From an uncultured Candidatus Saccharibacteria bacterium (GTDB lineage Bacteria > Patescibacteriota > Minisyncoccia > UBA6257 > JACOXY01), in assembly GCA_964357615.1 (NCBI GenBank), contig CAYHMC010000008.1:1-61371 (forward strand): a DNA stretch of 61,371 nt. Reading direction: 5' to 3'. Each line of letters starts with the position of its first letter. Position 1 is the stretch's first letter. The position numbers were made by a program, and so were the translations under genes. Shown here piece after piece: positions 53,980-61,371 of the stretch. A model generated the notes under the pieces. It was not told the origin of the DNA, searched no databases, and saw only the letters and a list, made by a program, of their open reading frames with translations.

Positions 53980-54051
53980 TGCTCTCAAGGGGAATCGAAC
54001 CCCTGTTTAGCGGATGAGAACCGCTTGTCCTAACCACTAGACGATGAGAGC
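53980..54051 (-). tRNA. tRNA-Glu (anticodon CTC)
   Basis: Hand fold: acceptor GCTCTCA/TGAGAGC, D arm GTCTAGTGGTTAGGAC, anticodon loop TTCTCAT, T arm AGGGG-TTCGATT-CCCCT. No encoded CCA. Confidence 0.9.
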
Positions 54052-55344
54052 ATTGGCTACTTGTTCCGGTAGTTTAATCTCTTCTACGATTTTATCAAGC
54101 TCCATACCATGAGAACCCTTTATTAAAATAACATCATCTTTTTTTAATAAATTTTGAACTGCTATTTTAGCTTCATCTACGGTATCAAAACTTTTAATAT
54201 TCCTTCCTACCATCTTTGCTTTTCGCGCACCCTCGGCAATAAATTTTGCTCTAGGACCAACGGTTACTAATAGGTCAGCAGATTTTGCAACTAAGGCTCC
54301 AAGCGACTGATGTTCCTCAATTGTATATTCACCTATTTCTAACATATCGCCTAAAACTGCAATTTTGCGCTTGGCTTTAAGAGATTTTAAAGTGTCTAGT
54401 CCTGCATGCATTGACATTGGAGATGCATTATAAGAATCATCGATAATTACTGTATTTTTAATTCCCGTTCGAATCATTGACCTTCCACTAAGAGCTTTAT
54501 AATTTTTAAAATTTTCAGCAATTTTAACTAAATTTAATCCAAAAATTAGTCCGACACAAGCCGCAGCACAAGTGGCATATGCATGCCCCTTGCCGATACA
54601 ATTATCTAACCTAATTGGTACATAACTTCCGCCATATTCAATTTTGAAATTAATACCGATAATACCGTTTGGGGTAGTTTTATGTTCAAAATTGGTAATG
54701 CGAACAGTTGCTAATTGATTAAACCCATAATTTATAATTTTTGCGCGTGTTCTTTCTTTTACATTTGCCACAGTCATATCGTCGCTATTTAAAATTGCAA
54801 AACCAGCGGCCGGAAGAAATTCAATAAGCCTAGACTTTTCTCTAGCCACAGCCTCTGGACCAGCAAAAAACTCTACATGAGCAGGAACTTCACCTATAGC
54901 CGTTATGATTGCGATATTTGGCTTCACAACTTGCAGTAATTCTCGCATATCTCCAGGCTTATCAACTCCATATTCTAAAATAAGCAATTCTGGATAAGCA
55001 TGTCGAAAAATTAATCTATATATTGAAACCGAAAAAACTTTAAACAAAAATAATAGTTTGCGTACTAAATTCTCACCACTCTTATTTTGAAGCCCAAACA
55101 AATCTAGCTCACTGCTTTTCCAATCACCCAAAATAGTAAGTGGATGCCCCATGGATGTATTAAAATTTCCATACGATGCTCTTACTCGCCTATCATTACC
55201 AAATACAGCCAAAATTGCTTGTTTTGTAGAAGTTTTTCCAACACTCCCAGTTACTCCAATAATTCCTGGTCTATACTTCCAAAGCATTGCCTTAGAAAGC
55301 ATTTTGAGACTATAAAACAATAGGTGTCTAATTTTTTCTTTCAT
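54037..55344 (-). CDS. murF: UDP-N-acetylmuramoyl-tripeptide--D-alanyl-D-alanine ligase
   Basis: GVTGSVGKTSTK P-loop and Mur ligase architecture. The last 5 codons overlap the 5' end of tRNA-Glu. Confidence 0.9.
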   Translation of the reverse strand: MKEKIRHLLFYSLKMLSKAMLWKYRPGIIGVTGSVGKTSTKQAILAVFGNDRRVRASYGNFNTSMGHPLTILGDWKSSELDLFGLQNKSGENLVRKLLFLFKVFSVSIYRLIFRHAYPELLILEYGVDKPGDMRELLQVVKPNIAIITAIGEVPAHVEFFAGPEAVAREKSRLIEFLPAAGFAILNSDDMTVANVKERTRAKIINYGFNQLATVRITNFEHKTTPNGIIGINFKIEYGGSYVPIRLDNCIGKGHAYATCAAACVGLIFGLNLVKIAENFKNYKALSGRSMIRTGIKNTVIIDDSYNASPMSMHAGLDTLKSLKAKRKIAVLGDMLEIGEYTIEEHQSLGALVAKSADLLVTVGPRAKFIAEGARKAKMVGRNIKSFDTVDEAKIAVQNLLKKDDVILIKGSHGMELDKIVEEIKLPEQVANALIV

Positions 55345-55377
55345 TTTGTGATGGTGATAAATTTAAATCGGCTTAAT

Positions 55378-57036
55378 TTAATTAATATTCTCGGGCCTAT
55401 CTGGAGCAATATTGTAATACGATAACAAAAATTCAGCCAATTCTTTAAAAGCCGGAACAACAGTAGCCGAAGCGTAAGGTGCGCCATACGGCTTATCTAG
55501 CTTAATAAGAATAGTAAATCGTGGATTGTTCACTGGAGCAAACGCGACAAACGTATTTACAACTTCATCAGTATAGCCACCACGCTTAAAATCTGGAATA
55601 TATGCGGTGCCAGTTTTCCCAGCAATTCTATATCCTCTTATTGTCGCAATGTTTAATTTATCAACTGCGCTAACCATCATCCCTGAAACACTTACTGCGG
55701 TCTCTTCTTTTATTACTCTTCTAATTACTTTCGGTTCAATTCTTGAATTTATATATGGTCTCATTAACATTCCTTTGTTTGCAATTGCTGATACAGCTGT
55801 TACTAGTTGAAGTGGCGTCATAGAAATTCCTTGTCCAAACGAAGCTGTCGCAAAGTTGATGTCTCTCGTATCAACCTTTTCAAGTTGCTCTAAACTACCA
55901 CTCACTTCACCCGGCAAATCAATTCCCGTATTTTCATCAATCCCAAAAGACTTAAGGTACGACAAGAAAATTTTATTACCAGTTTTTTGTTCTGCGAATA
56001 CACTTCCGGTATTTAATGATTTCTCAATAACATTTGTCATTGTTAGTTTACCGTGACTTTTTAAATCAGCATTCCTAATTGTTCTGCCATTTAATGTAAT
56101 TTCGCCCTTGTCATAATAAGTAGTCTCTGGAGTAATCGCCCCACTATCAATACCAGCCGACATTGTAATAACCTTCATTACAGAACCTGGCTCATAAAGT
56201 GATTGTACATTTGGATTCATAAATGTCTCGATTTCTGAAATACTGTAATCATTTGGATCAAAATTTGGCAACGCTCCCATTGCAAGAATTTTTCCTGATT
56301 TTGGATCTTGAACTATAAAAGAACCTGACTTACCCCTAAAATCAGAAACTAATTTAGAAACGATTTCTTCAGCGCGAGTTTGAATATTTCTATCTATTGT
56401 AAGATAGATAGAATCGCCAGGCTTACTTCGAGTAATAACGTCTCGGAGGATTGTTCCTGGCGTTCCAAAAAGTTTGTCATTATAATAACGCTCTATTCCA
56501 TACTGACCTATTGGACGCCCAATATCAGATCCATAATCGGAAACGAAACCGAGAATATGGCTACCTAATTTTTTATGTGAATAAGACCTAGCTGGTCTAC
56601 TGTCAATATGAATTCCTTTCAAATTAAGTTCTTTAATTGCCGTAACCTGAGAATCGTTTGCCTTTGCTAAAAGTGGTTCATACGGATCTTCCTTTACGCT
56701 AAACAACTTGTCTAATAATGCTATTTCTTTTCCTAATATTGGAGCGAGCAATCTTGAAGCCTCAAGTGCATCCGAGAGATCCTTTGGAACAGCATAAACA
56801 AACGGAAAATTATTATTCATTGCAACATTTATTTCGCTACCACGGTTATCTGTAAAAAAAATACTTCCTCTTTCTGGCTCTATTAATCCAGAAAGATTAA
56901 GTTGAGATTCAGCTTTTGCTTTATATATTTCTCCATCCTGAATCTGAATATTATAAAGTTTAAAAACAAGTGTGCTATATAAAAAAGTAAAAAAAAGTAT
57001 TAGTAATGTAAATCTAATTCGCATGTTAGAAATCAA
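55378..57036 (-). CDS. ftsI: penicillin-binding protein 2 / FtsI-type transpeptidase
   Basis: N-terminal TM segment, SxxK (GSVMKV), SxN (KSLNTGS) and KTGT motifs. Confidence 0.9.
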   Translation of the reverse strand: MISNMRIRFTLLILFFTFLYSTLVFKLYNIQIQDGEIYKAKAESQLNLSGLIEPERGSIFFTDNRGSEINVAMNNNFPFVYAVPKDLSDALEASRLLAPILGKEIALLDKLFSVKEDPYEPLLAKANDSQVTAIKELNLKGIHIDSRPARSYSHKKLGSHILGFVSDYGSDIGRPIGQYGIERYYNDKLFGTPGTILRDVITRSKPGDSIYLTIDRNIQTRAEEIVSKLVSDFRGKSGSFIVQDPKSGKILAMGALPNFDPNDYSISEIETFMNPNVQSLYEPGSVMKVITMSAGIDSGAITPETTYYDKGEITLNGRTIRNADLKSHGKLTMTNVIEKSLNTGSVFAEQKTGNKIFLSYLKSFGIDENTGIDLPGEVSGSLEQLEKVDTRDINFATASFGQGISMTPLQLVTAVSAIANKGMLMRPYINSRIEPKVIRRVIKEETAVSVSGMMVSAVDKLNIATIRGYRIAGKTGTAYIPDFKRGGYTDEVVNTFVAFAPVNNPRFTILIKLDKPYGAPYASATVVPAFKELAEFLLSYYNIAPDRPENIN

Positions 57037-57073
57037 ATATCAACTGATAAAAGATGCTTTGGTAGTCATATTT

Positions 57074-57412
57074 TTATAAAGTAGGTGCAGTTTTGTCGGT
57101 AATTTTTGATTCAGTGATTGATTTTGTATTAAGATACTGAGGATTTTGTTCTTTGATTAATCCAATTTGTATTGCATTTCTTTCCAAGTTTGAAACATCA
57201 GTTATTTGAAATATTTGGTTTTGAAGCTTTGATTTTGAAAGTTCCTCCTTTTGTAAATTTTCTTGCAATTTATTTATGTCATGATGCAACCCAACCACAA
57301 TTCCATACATTGAAATTCCTGAAACAATAAACGCCACGACAAAACAACCTAAAAATAGAATGATTATGTTGTGCAATTTTTTGTTTCCTTTGTTTGGTCT
57401 TATTATTGTCAT
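57074..57412 (-). CDS. ftsL: FtsL-like cell division protein
   Basis: 112 aa with a single TM segment followed by a coiled-coil. Positioned between rsmH and ftsI. Confidence 0.6.
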   Translation of the reverse strand: MTIIRPNKGNKKLHNIIILFLGCFVVAFIVSGISMYGIVVGLHHDINKLQENLQKEELSKSKLQNQIFQITDVSNLERNAIQIGLIKEQNPQYLNTKSITESKITDKTAPTL

Positions 57413-57435
57413 AATTTATAAAATTTAACTTTGAG

Positions 57436-58338
57436 CTAGGTTATTTTTAGAACTCGCAACTTTGCTGAACGACTTCTGGGATTTTTAGCTATCTCCTCTT
57501 TGGTTGCAGTAATTGGTTTTTTTGTTAATAGTTCGGCTTTCTTTTCATTTTTTAAATCTCTAAAATAATTTTTTACAATTCTATCTTCAAGCGAATGGAA
57601 TGAAATTATTGCTACTACCCCACCCTGCCTCAAGATAGAATTTAAATTTTTTAATAATTTTTCTAAATTATTAAGTTCATCATTTACAAATATCCTAAGC
57701 GCTTGATATGTTCTAGTTGCAAAATGAATTCTCCCGTTTTCGTATTGTTTTGGTACTCCTTTTTTTATGGCTGTATTTAAATCAAAAGTATTTTTTATAA
57801 TATTTTTAGTTCTTTCAAGAACAATTGACTTTGCGATTTTTCTTGAATATCTCTCTTCGCCGTATTTCCAAAAAATATCTGAGAGTTCGGTTTCGCTATA
57901 TTTGTTTACAACATCAAATGCACTTAATCCTTCATCACTTCTATAACGCATATCCAAGAATTCATTTTTTTGAAAGCTGAATCCCCTACTAGAATTTTCA
58001 ATTTGTTCTGACGAGAATCCCAAATCAATTAATAATCCATCTGCCTTGTCTAATTTTTTCAACTTTAGTATTTCTGAAATATTGGAATAACTATCATTTT
58101 GCCAAAATATCTTAAATTTAGAATTTGGAATTTTATATTTAGAACAAATTCTGTTTTCTGTATTCCTGAGTAAGTCCCCATCTAAATCAACAGCTAGATA
58201 CCTACCCTCTGGCATCATCATATCCAGAATAGCTTCGGTATGACCTCCACCATCCACAGTGCCATCAATAATAAATTTTCCTGACTTTGGATCTAAATAC
58301 TTTAAAACTTCATTTAAAAGAACTGGTGTGTGGGTCAT
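57436..58338 (-). CDS. rsmH: 16S rRNA (cytosine1402-N4)-methyltransferase
   Basis: MTHTPVLLNEVL N-terminus, DGTVDGGGH and SFHSLEDR motifs. Confidence 0.92.
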   Translation of the reverse strand: MTHTPVLLNEVLKYLDPKSGKFIIDGTVDGGGHTEAILDMMMPEGRYLAVDLDGDLLRNTENRICSKYKIPNSKFKIFWQNDSYSNISEILKLKKLDKADGLLIDLGFSSEQIENSSRGFSFQKNEFLDMRYRSDEGLSAFDVVNKYSETELSDIFWKYGEERYSRKIAKSIVLERTKNIIKNTFDLNTAIKKGVPKQYENGRIHFATRTYQALRIFVNDELNNLEKLLKNLNSILRQGGVVAIISFHSLEDRIVKNYFRDLKNEKKAELLTKKPITATKEEIAKNPRSRSAKLRVLKIT

Positions 58339-58369
58339 TGTCTTATTTTTTATCTATTAACAAGTGTCA

Positions 58370-58495
58370 TTATGCAATCATCGCCATAGCACTCTTAGCA
58401 ATTGCCCAAAGCGCAAGAATGCATGCTGTCCAAATAAAAAGTAAAACTGATATTTTTAATGTAATCTTTGATAACTCAAGTGTAATTACTTTCAT
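58370..58495 (-). CDS. possible 41-aa hydrophobic peptide
   Basis: MKVITLELSKITLKISVLLFIWTACILALWAIAKSAMAMIA. Its ATG lies in the terminus of element M5. No clear RBS. Confidence 0.25.
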   Translation of the reverse strand: MKVITLELSKITLKISVLLFIWTACILALWAIAKSAMAMIA

Positions 58496-58610
58496 CCCGT
58501 TAGAGACAGATCGCGATCAAATGATTACGAATCTATCTTAATAAATAATAAGTGTAAAATTTTGATTTATCCTGGTGGAGCACACGAGCGATCGCGGTCT
58601 CTAACGGGAT
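58494..58610. mobile_element. MITE-like element M5
   Basis: ATCCCGTTAGAGAC at 58494-58507 is the exact reverse complement of 58597-58610. There is a second inner repeat CGCGATC/GATCGCG. TTCA flanks both ends. Confidence 0.6.
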
Positions 58611-58634
58611 TCATTCATTAATTTTATTCCGATT

Positions 58635-59066
58635 TTAAATTCCCATTTCTCCAAGCCGCTCCGCAATCTCATTAGAAGCACTTTCAGTTTTTTTCTTATA
58701 TTCTTCCCAACGCACATCATTCCAAATTTCTGCTCGACCAACTAAACCAGCAACCACAACTTGCTTATCTAGGTTTGCAAACTTACGCAAATAATCTGGA
58801 ATTAAAATCCTTCCCTGTTTATCTATTTCGACATCAACTGCACCAGCAAGCATAAATCTTCCAAATGCTCGCGAATTTGATTGTGAAAGTGGAAGAGAAG
58901 TAATTTTATTTACTAATAACTCAAAAGACTTTGGTGCGAAAAGAAATAGACAATTATCTAATCCTCGCGTCACAATCGCACCAGAAGAAAGTTCATCACG
59001 AAATTTTGCCGGAACTGCCATTCGACCTTTTGTATCTAAATTGTGTTTATATTCTCCAAGTAACAT
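58635..59066 (-). CDS. mraZ: transcriptional regulator MraZ
   Basis: MLLGEYKHNLDTKGRMAVPAKFR and a second DKQGRILIP repeat. Confidence 0.92.
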   Translation of the reverse strand: MLLGEYKHNLDTKGRMAVPAKFRDELSSGAIVTRGLDNCLFLFAPKSFELLVNKITSLPLSQSNSRAFGRFMLAGAVDVEIDKQGRILIPDYLRKFANLDKQVVVAGLVGRAEIWNDVRWEEYKKKTESASNEIAERLGEMGI

Positions 59067-59119
59067 GTTAATGAAAATTTGTAATCTCTATATATTTATT
59101 ATGAATATTCGAAAGTTAT

Positions 59120-59166
59120 GCACACAGACCCACAGTTATCCCCACTTTTATCCACTATTCCCCACA
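59120..59166 (-). promoter_or_regulatory. putative MraZ operator (phased GTGGG repeats)
   Basis: Minus strand reads GTGGGGAATA GTGGATAAAA GTGGGGATAACT GTGGGTCT GTGTG. Repeat starts are spaced 10, 10, 12 and 8 nt apart, upstream of mraZ. Confidence 0.55.
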
Positions 59167-59262
59167 AAGGTAATAATAACCCCCTTTTATGTGATGGCAC
59201 AATAGCTGATTTATCCACATGATATGCTTCAAAAAACACATATAAAATAGGGCTTATTCATA

Positions 59263-60276
59263 TTGTTATGGCAATATCAAATGTTGTTTGATATGATAAA
59301 AAACATGAATAAAAATAGACAAAAAAACGCCGTTTTAAAAGCAGCGCTGAATATGATAGGAACTCCATATGTATACGGTGCTTATACTAAAAATAAATCA
59401 AAAGGAAAGCCTAGTGGAGTGGATTGCTCTTCGCTTATTAAATATGTCTATGGATGTGCGGGTATCGATTTACCTCGTAGCTCAATTTTACAAGCTTCAA
59501 GAGGAACAGAAATTAAAAATAAAAAAGATGCCGAAGCTGGAGATTTAATATTTTTTGAAACAACTAAAGGACATTACTGGCACTTATTGTTTGATAATAA
59601 AAAAATTTATATTGGCCATGTATCGCTATATATTGGCAATGGTTATATTATCGACGCTAGTGAAGATCGAAATGCTGGAAAAGTAGCGAAAATGAAGCTT
59701 ATCGAACTAACAAAGAAACCTGGATATGAGGTAATGCTTATCAAGCGAATCATTGGAATAAAGGAACTAGATTTTAATTTAACACCATACTCACAAATAT
59801 TAGATGTGAAATTGACTGATTGGAAAAACAGAGCTTGCGGAATCACATCTCTAAAAATGGTATTAGATTTTTTATCTAAAGAAACAAAAAATAAATATCC
59901 CGCTATCGATGATTTGATACTCAAGTATTCAAAAACAAAATACATAAACGATATTGGTTGGTCGCATAAAGGATTGGCTGATATTGCGATTGATTTAGGA
60001 TTAAAAGGAATAAACTATGATTTAATAAACTACACTCAAAATGATGCGCTTGCACTACTTACAACGAAGTTAATCACAACTCCCGTAATTGCATCTATTT
60101 ATAAAAATCTTAATCCAAAAAATTCAGGTCACTTAGTTGTTGTTACAAGAATCGAGAACAATAAGGCAACCTACTATGACCCAGATTCTAAAACAAGAAA
60201 TGAAGTCAAAAGAACTGTTTCGCTGAAAAAATTTTTAAGTGGGTGGAAAAAGCGCATGATTGTTGTTTGGCCATAA
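59263..60276 (+). CDS. two-domain cysteine peptidase: NlpC/P60 plus a C39-like papain-fold domain
   Basis: N-terminal half: GTPYVYG...GVDCSSLIKYVY...HVSLYIGNG. C-terminal half: NRACGITSLKMVLDF...SGHLVVV. Start uncertain (TTG at 59263, ATGs at 59281, 59293 and 59308). Confidence 0.7.
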   Translation: MLWQYQMLFDMIKNMNKNRQKNAVLKAALNMIGTPYVYGAYTKNKSKGKPSGVDCSSLIKYVYGCAGIDLPRSSILQASRGTEIKNKKDAEAGDLIFFETTKGHYWHLLFDNKKIYIGHVSLYIGNGYIIDASEDRNAGKVAKMKLIELTKKPGYEVMLIKRIIGIKELDFNLTPYSQILDVKLTDWKNRACGITSLKMVLDFLSKETKNKYPAIDDLILKYSKTKYINDIGWSHKGLADIAIDLGLKGINYDLINYTQNDALALLTTKLITTPVIASIYKNLNPKNSGHLVVVTRIENNKATYYDPDSKTRNEVKRTVSLKKFLSGWKKRMIVVWP

Positions 60277-60340
60277 CTTGAAATAGATAATCATAGCTAG
60301 TAAGCTATTAAAAGTTCTTATGGTGGAGAGGAGAGAGAAT

Positions 60341-60586
60341 ATGACCGAAGAAAAGAAACACGATGAGTGGCACGAGTGCGGACACATTGCATTAATTGAT
60401 GACATGGAAAAACCATCCGGATTATTTCAACATAAAAACATAGCATTAAAAGAGCTTGTGGAAGCTAAATGTAAGTGCTGTGGAGGCGAACTTAGAGTTC
60501 TAATCGGCGAAGATATCATAATGCCCTGTGGTATTAGCGTTTCAATAAATTGTCCACATTGCTTAAAGACTGCATTTAAAAAATAA
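60341..60586 (+). CDS. hypothetical zinc-ribbon protein
   Basis: GGAGAGGAGAG RBS before the ATG at 60341. CKCCGG...CPHC pairs. Confidence 0.5.
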   Translation: MTEEKKHDEWHECGHIALIDDMEKPSGLFQHKNIALKELVEAKCKCCGGELRVLIGEDIIMPCGISVSINCPHCLKTAFKK

Positions 60587-60601
60587 ATTTTTAAATCTTT
60601 T

Positions 60602-60633
60602 ATATCACACTTCCATGTGTGATATTTTTATTT
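60602..60633 (+). terminator. intrinsic terminator
   Basis: ATATCACAC ttccat GTGTGATAT followed by TTTTTATTTT. Confidence 0.7.
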
Positions 60634-60645
60634 TAAACTGACTAT

Positions 60646-61371
60646 ATGAAAAAAATTGCTATTTTGGGTTTTGGCAGAGAGGGCAAGGCTATATTAAAAT
60701 TTCTCAAGAAATCCAAAGAATATAAGAACTCTAGTGTAGAAATTAGGGATAAAAAAATTAGTAACGACTATCTTTTGGGCTTAGAAAACTTTGATGTTAT
60801 ATTTCGCTCGCCTGGAATTCCTTATATGTTAAAAGAAATTCAACAGGCAAAAAATAGTGGAGCAGAAATTTCTAGCGCCACTGAATTATTTTTCAAGCAT
60901 TGCCCTTCAAAAATAATTGGTATAACCGGCACCAAAGGAAAAAGCACCACATCAACGCTTATTTGTAAAATATTAAAATCTTCTGGTCGAGATGTATATC
61001 TGGCTGGAAATATTGGCAAACCTGGAATTGAAATTTTACCTAAGCTAAGAAGAGATTCAGTAGTTATTCTAGAGCTTTCAAGCTTTCAGCTACAAGGACT
61101 AAAATATTCTCCCCAAATATCAATTGTTCTTGGTATATTTCCAGACCATATGGATTCACATAAAAACTTTAAAGAATATGTGGATTCAAAGGCCAATATA
61201 ACAATATGGCAAAATAAAAATAATGCTGTTTTTTATGATATAAGTAATAGTTTCGCCAAAGAAATTGCAGAAAAAAGTAAGGGCGTAAAACTTGGCGTTT
61301 CACCAAAAGGCATACTTAAAAACTCAAAAACTAAATCCTCAAACAACAACACGAATATAACTGCCATAACC
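60646..61371 (+). CDS. murD: UDP-N-acetylmuramoylalanine--D-glutamate ligase, 3' end cut by window edge
   Basis: Hand translation MKKIAILGFGREGKA...IIGITGTKGKSTTSTL. Open to the end of the window. Confidence 0.85.
   Translation, partial: MKKIAILGFGREGKAILKFLKKSKEYKNSSVEIRDKKISNDYLLGLENFDVIFRSPGIPYMLKEIQQAKNSGAEISSATELFFKHCPSKIIGITGTKGKSTTSTLICKILKSSGRDVYLAGNIGKPGIEILPKLRRDSVVILELSSFQLQGLKYSPQISIVLGIFPDHMDSHKNFKEYVDSKANITIWQNKNNAVFYDISNSFAKEIAEKSKGVKLGVSPKGILKNSKTKSSNNNTNITAIT

Noticed and set aside
1386-56568. The many 60-140-aa ORFs nested antisense or out of frame inside long confident genes (for example 3331-3603, 4087-4383, 5785-6144, 12162-12491, 34519-34941, 38322-38675 and 41150-41449).
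   Set aside because: They lie wholly within well-supported genes on the other strand or in another frame, and their composition is low-complexity. These are typical spurious ORFs.
59120-59222. Cluster of TTATCCACA-like DnaA boxes that might mark a replication origin.
   Set aside because: The motifs are the reverse complements of phased GTGGG repeats directly upstream of mraZ, which fits an MraZ operator. No dnaA/dnaN genes or strand-bias switch are visible in the window.
1-61371. CRISPR arrays, rRNA genes, and integrase or transposase genes.
   Set aside because: No regularly spaced short direct repeats, no rRNA-like conserved stretches, and no ORF with recombinase or transposase motifs were found on either strand.

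Overview
This is an AT-rich bacterial window (hand counts give roughly 35-40% G+C in typical lines). Genes are densely packed and mostly on the minus strand. The content looks like a reduced-genome, CPR/Patescibacteria-like organism: many small orphan proteins, salvage genes and tRNAs mostly lacking an encoded CCA. That taxonomic call is inference only.

Recognisable content:
- Part of a division/cell-wall cluster: mraZ, rsmH, ftsL-like, PBP/ftsI, murF and a divergent murD. murE is absent.
- uvrC, uvrA and uvrB clustered together.
- tgt next to a queuosine-salvage (DUF2419/QNG1-like) gene.
- rdgB, truB, an Rnl-type RNA ligase, cca, serS, alr, tsaC, dinB, ogt, dut, a pyrE-like gene and rpmB.
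- A MacAB-like ABC exporter with an HlyD adaptor.
- Isolated aromatic-pathway genes: DAHP synthase, tyrA and trpD.
- A 1553-aa GT2-GT2-flippase-GT4 fusion next to two kinase-like genes.
- Four tRNAs: Leu-GAG, Pro-GGG, Pro-CGG and Glu-CUC.
- No rRNA, CRISPR array, integrase or transposase ORF was seen.

Most interesting non-genic structure:
1. A family of about 106-120 bp intergenic elements with ATCCCGT...ACGGGAT termini. The same termini exactly frame a stand-alone GIY-YIG gene.
2. A 98-nt conserved repeat, each copy followed by a different perfect hairpin, at the edge of compositionally foreign cassettes.
3. A G+C-rich cassette driven by a consensus promoter.
4. A hairpin-rich element bracketed by a duplicated tRNA-Glu 3' half.
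5. A G+C-rich islet beside tRNA-Leu carrying 322-bp direct repeats.
6. Two genes interrupted by in-frame TGA codons and one by a homopolymer frameshift.

All functional calls rest on motif recognition by eye. No database search was run.
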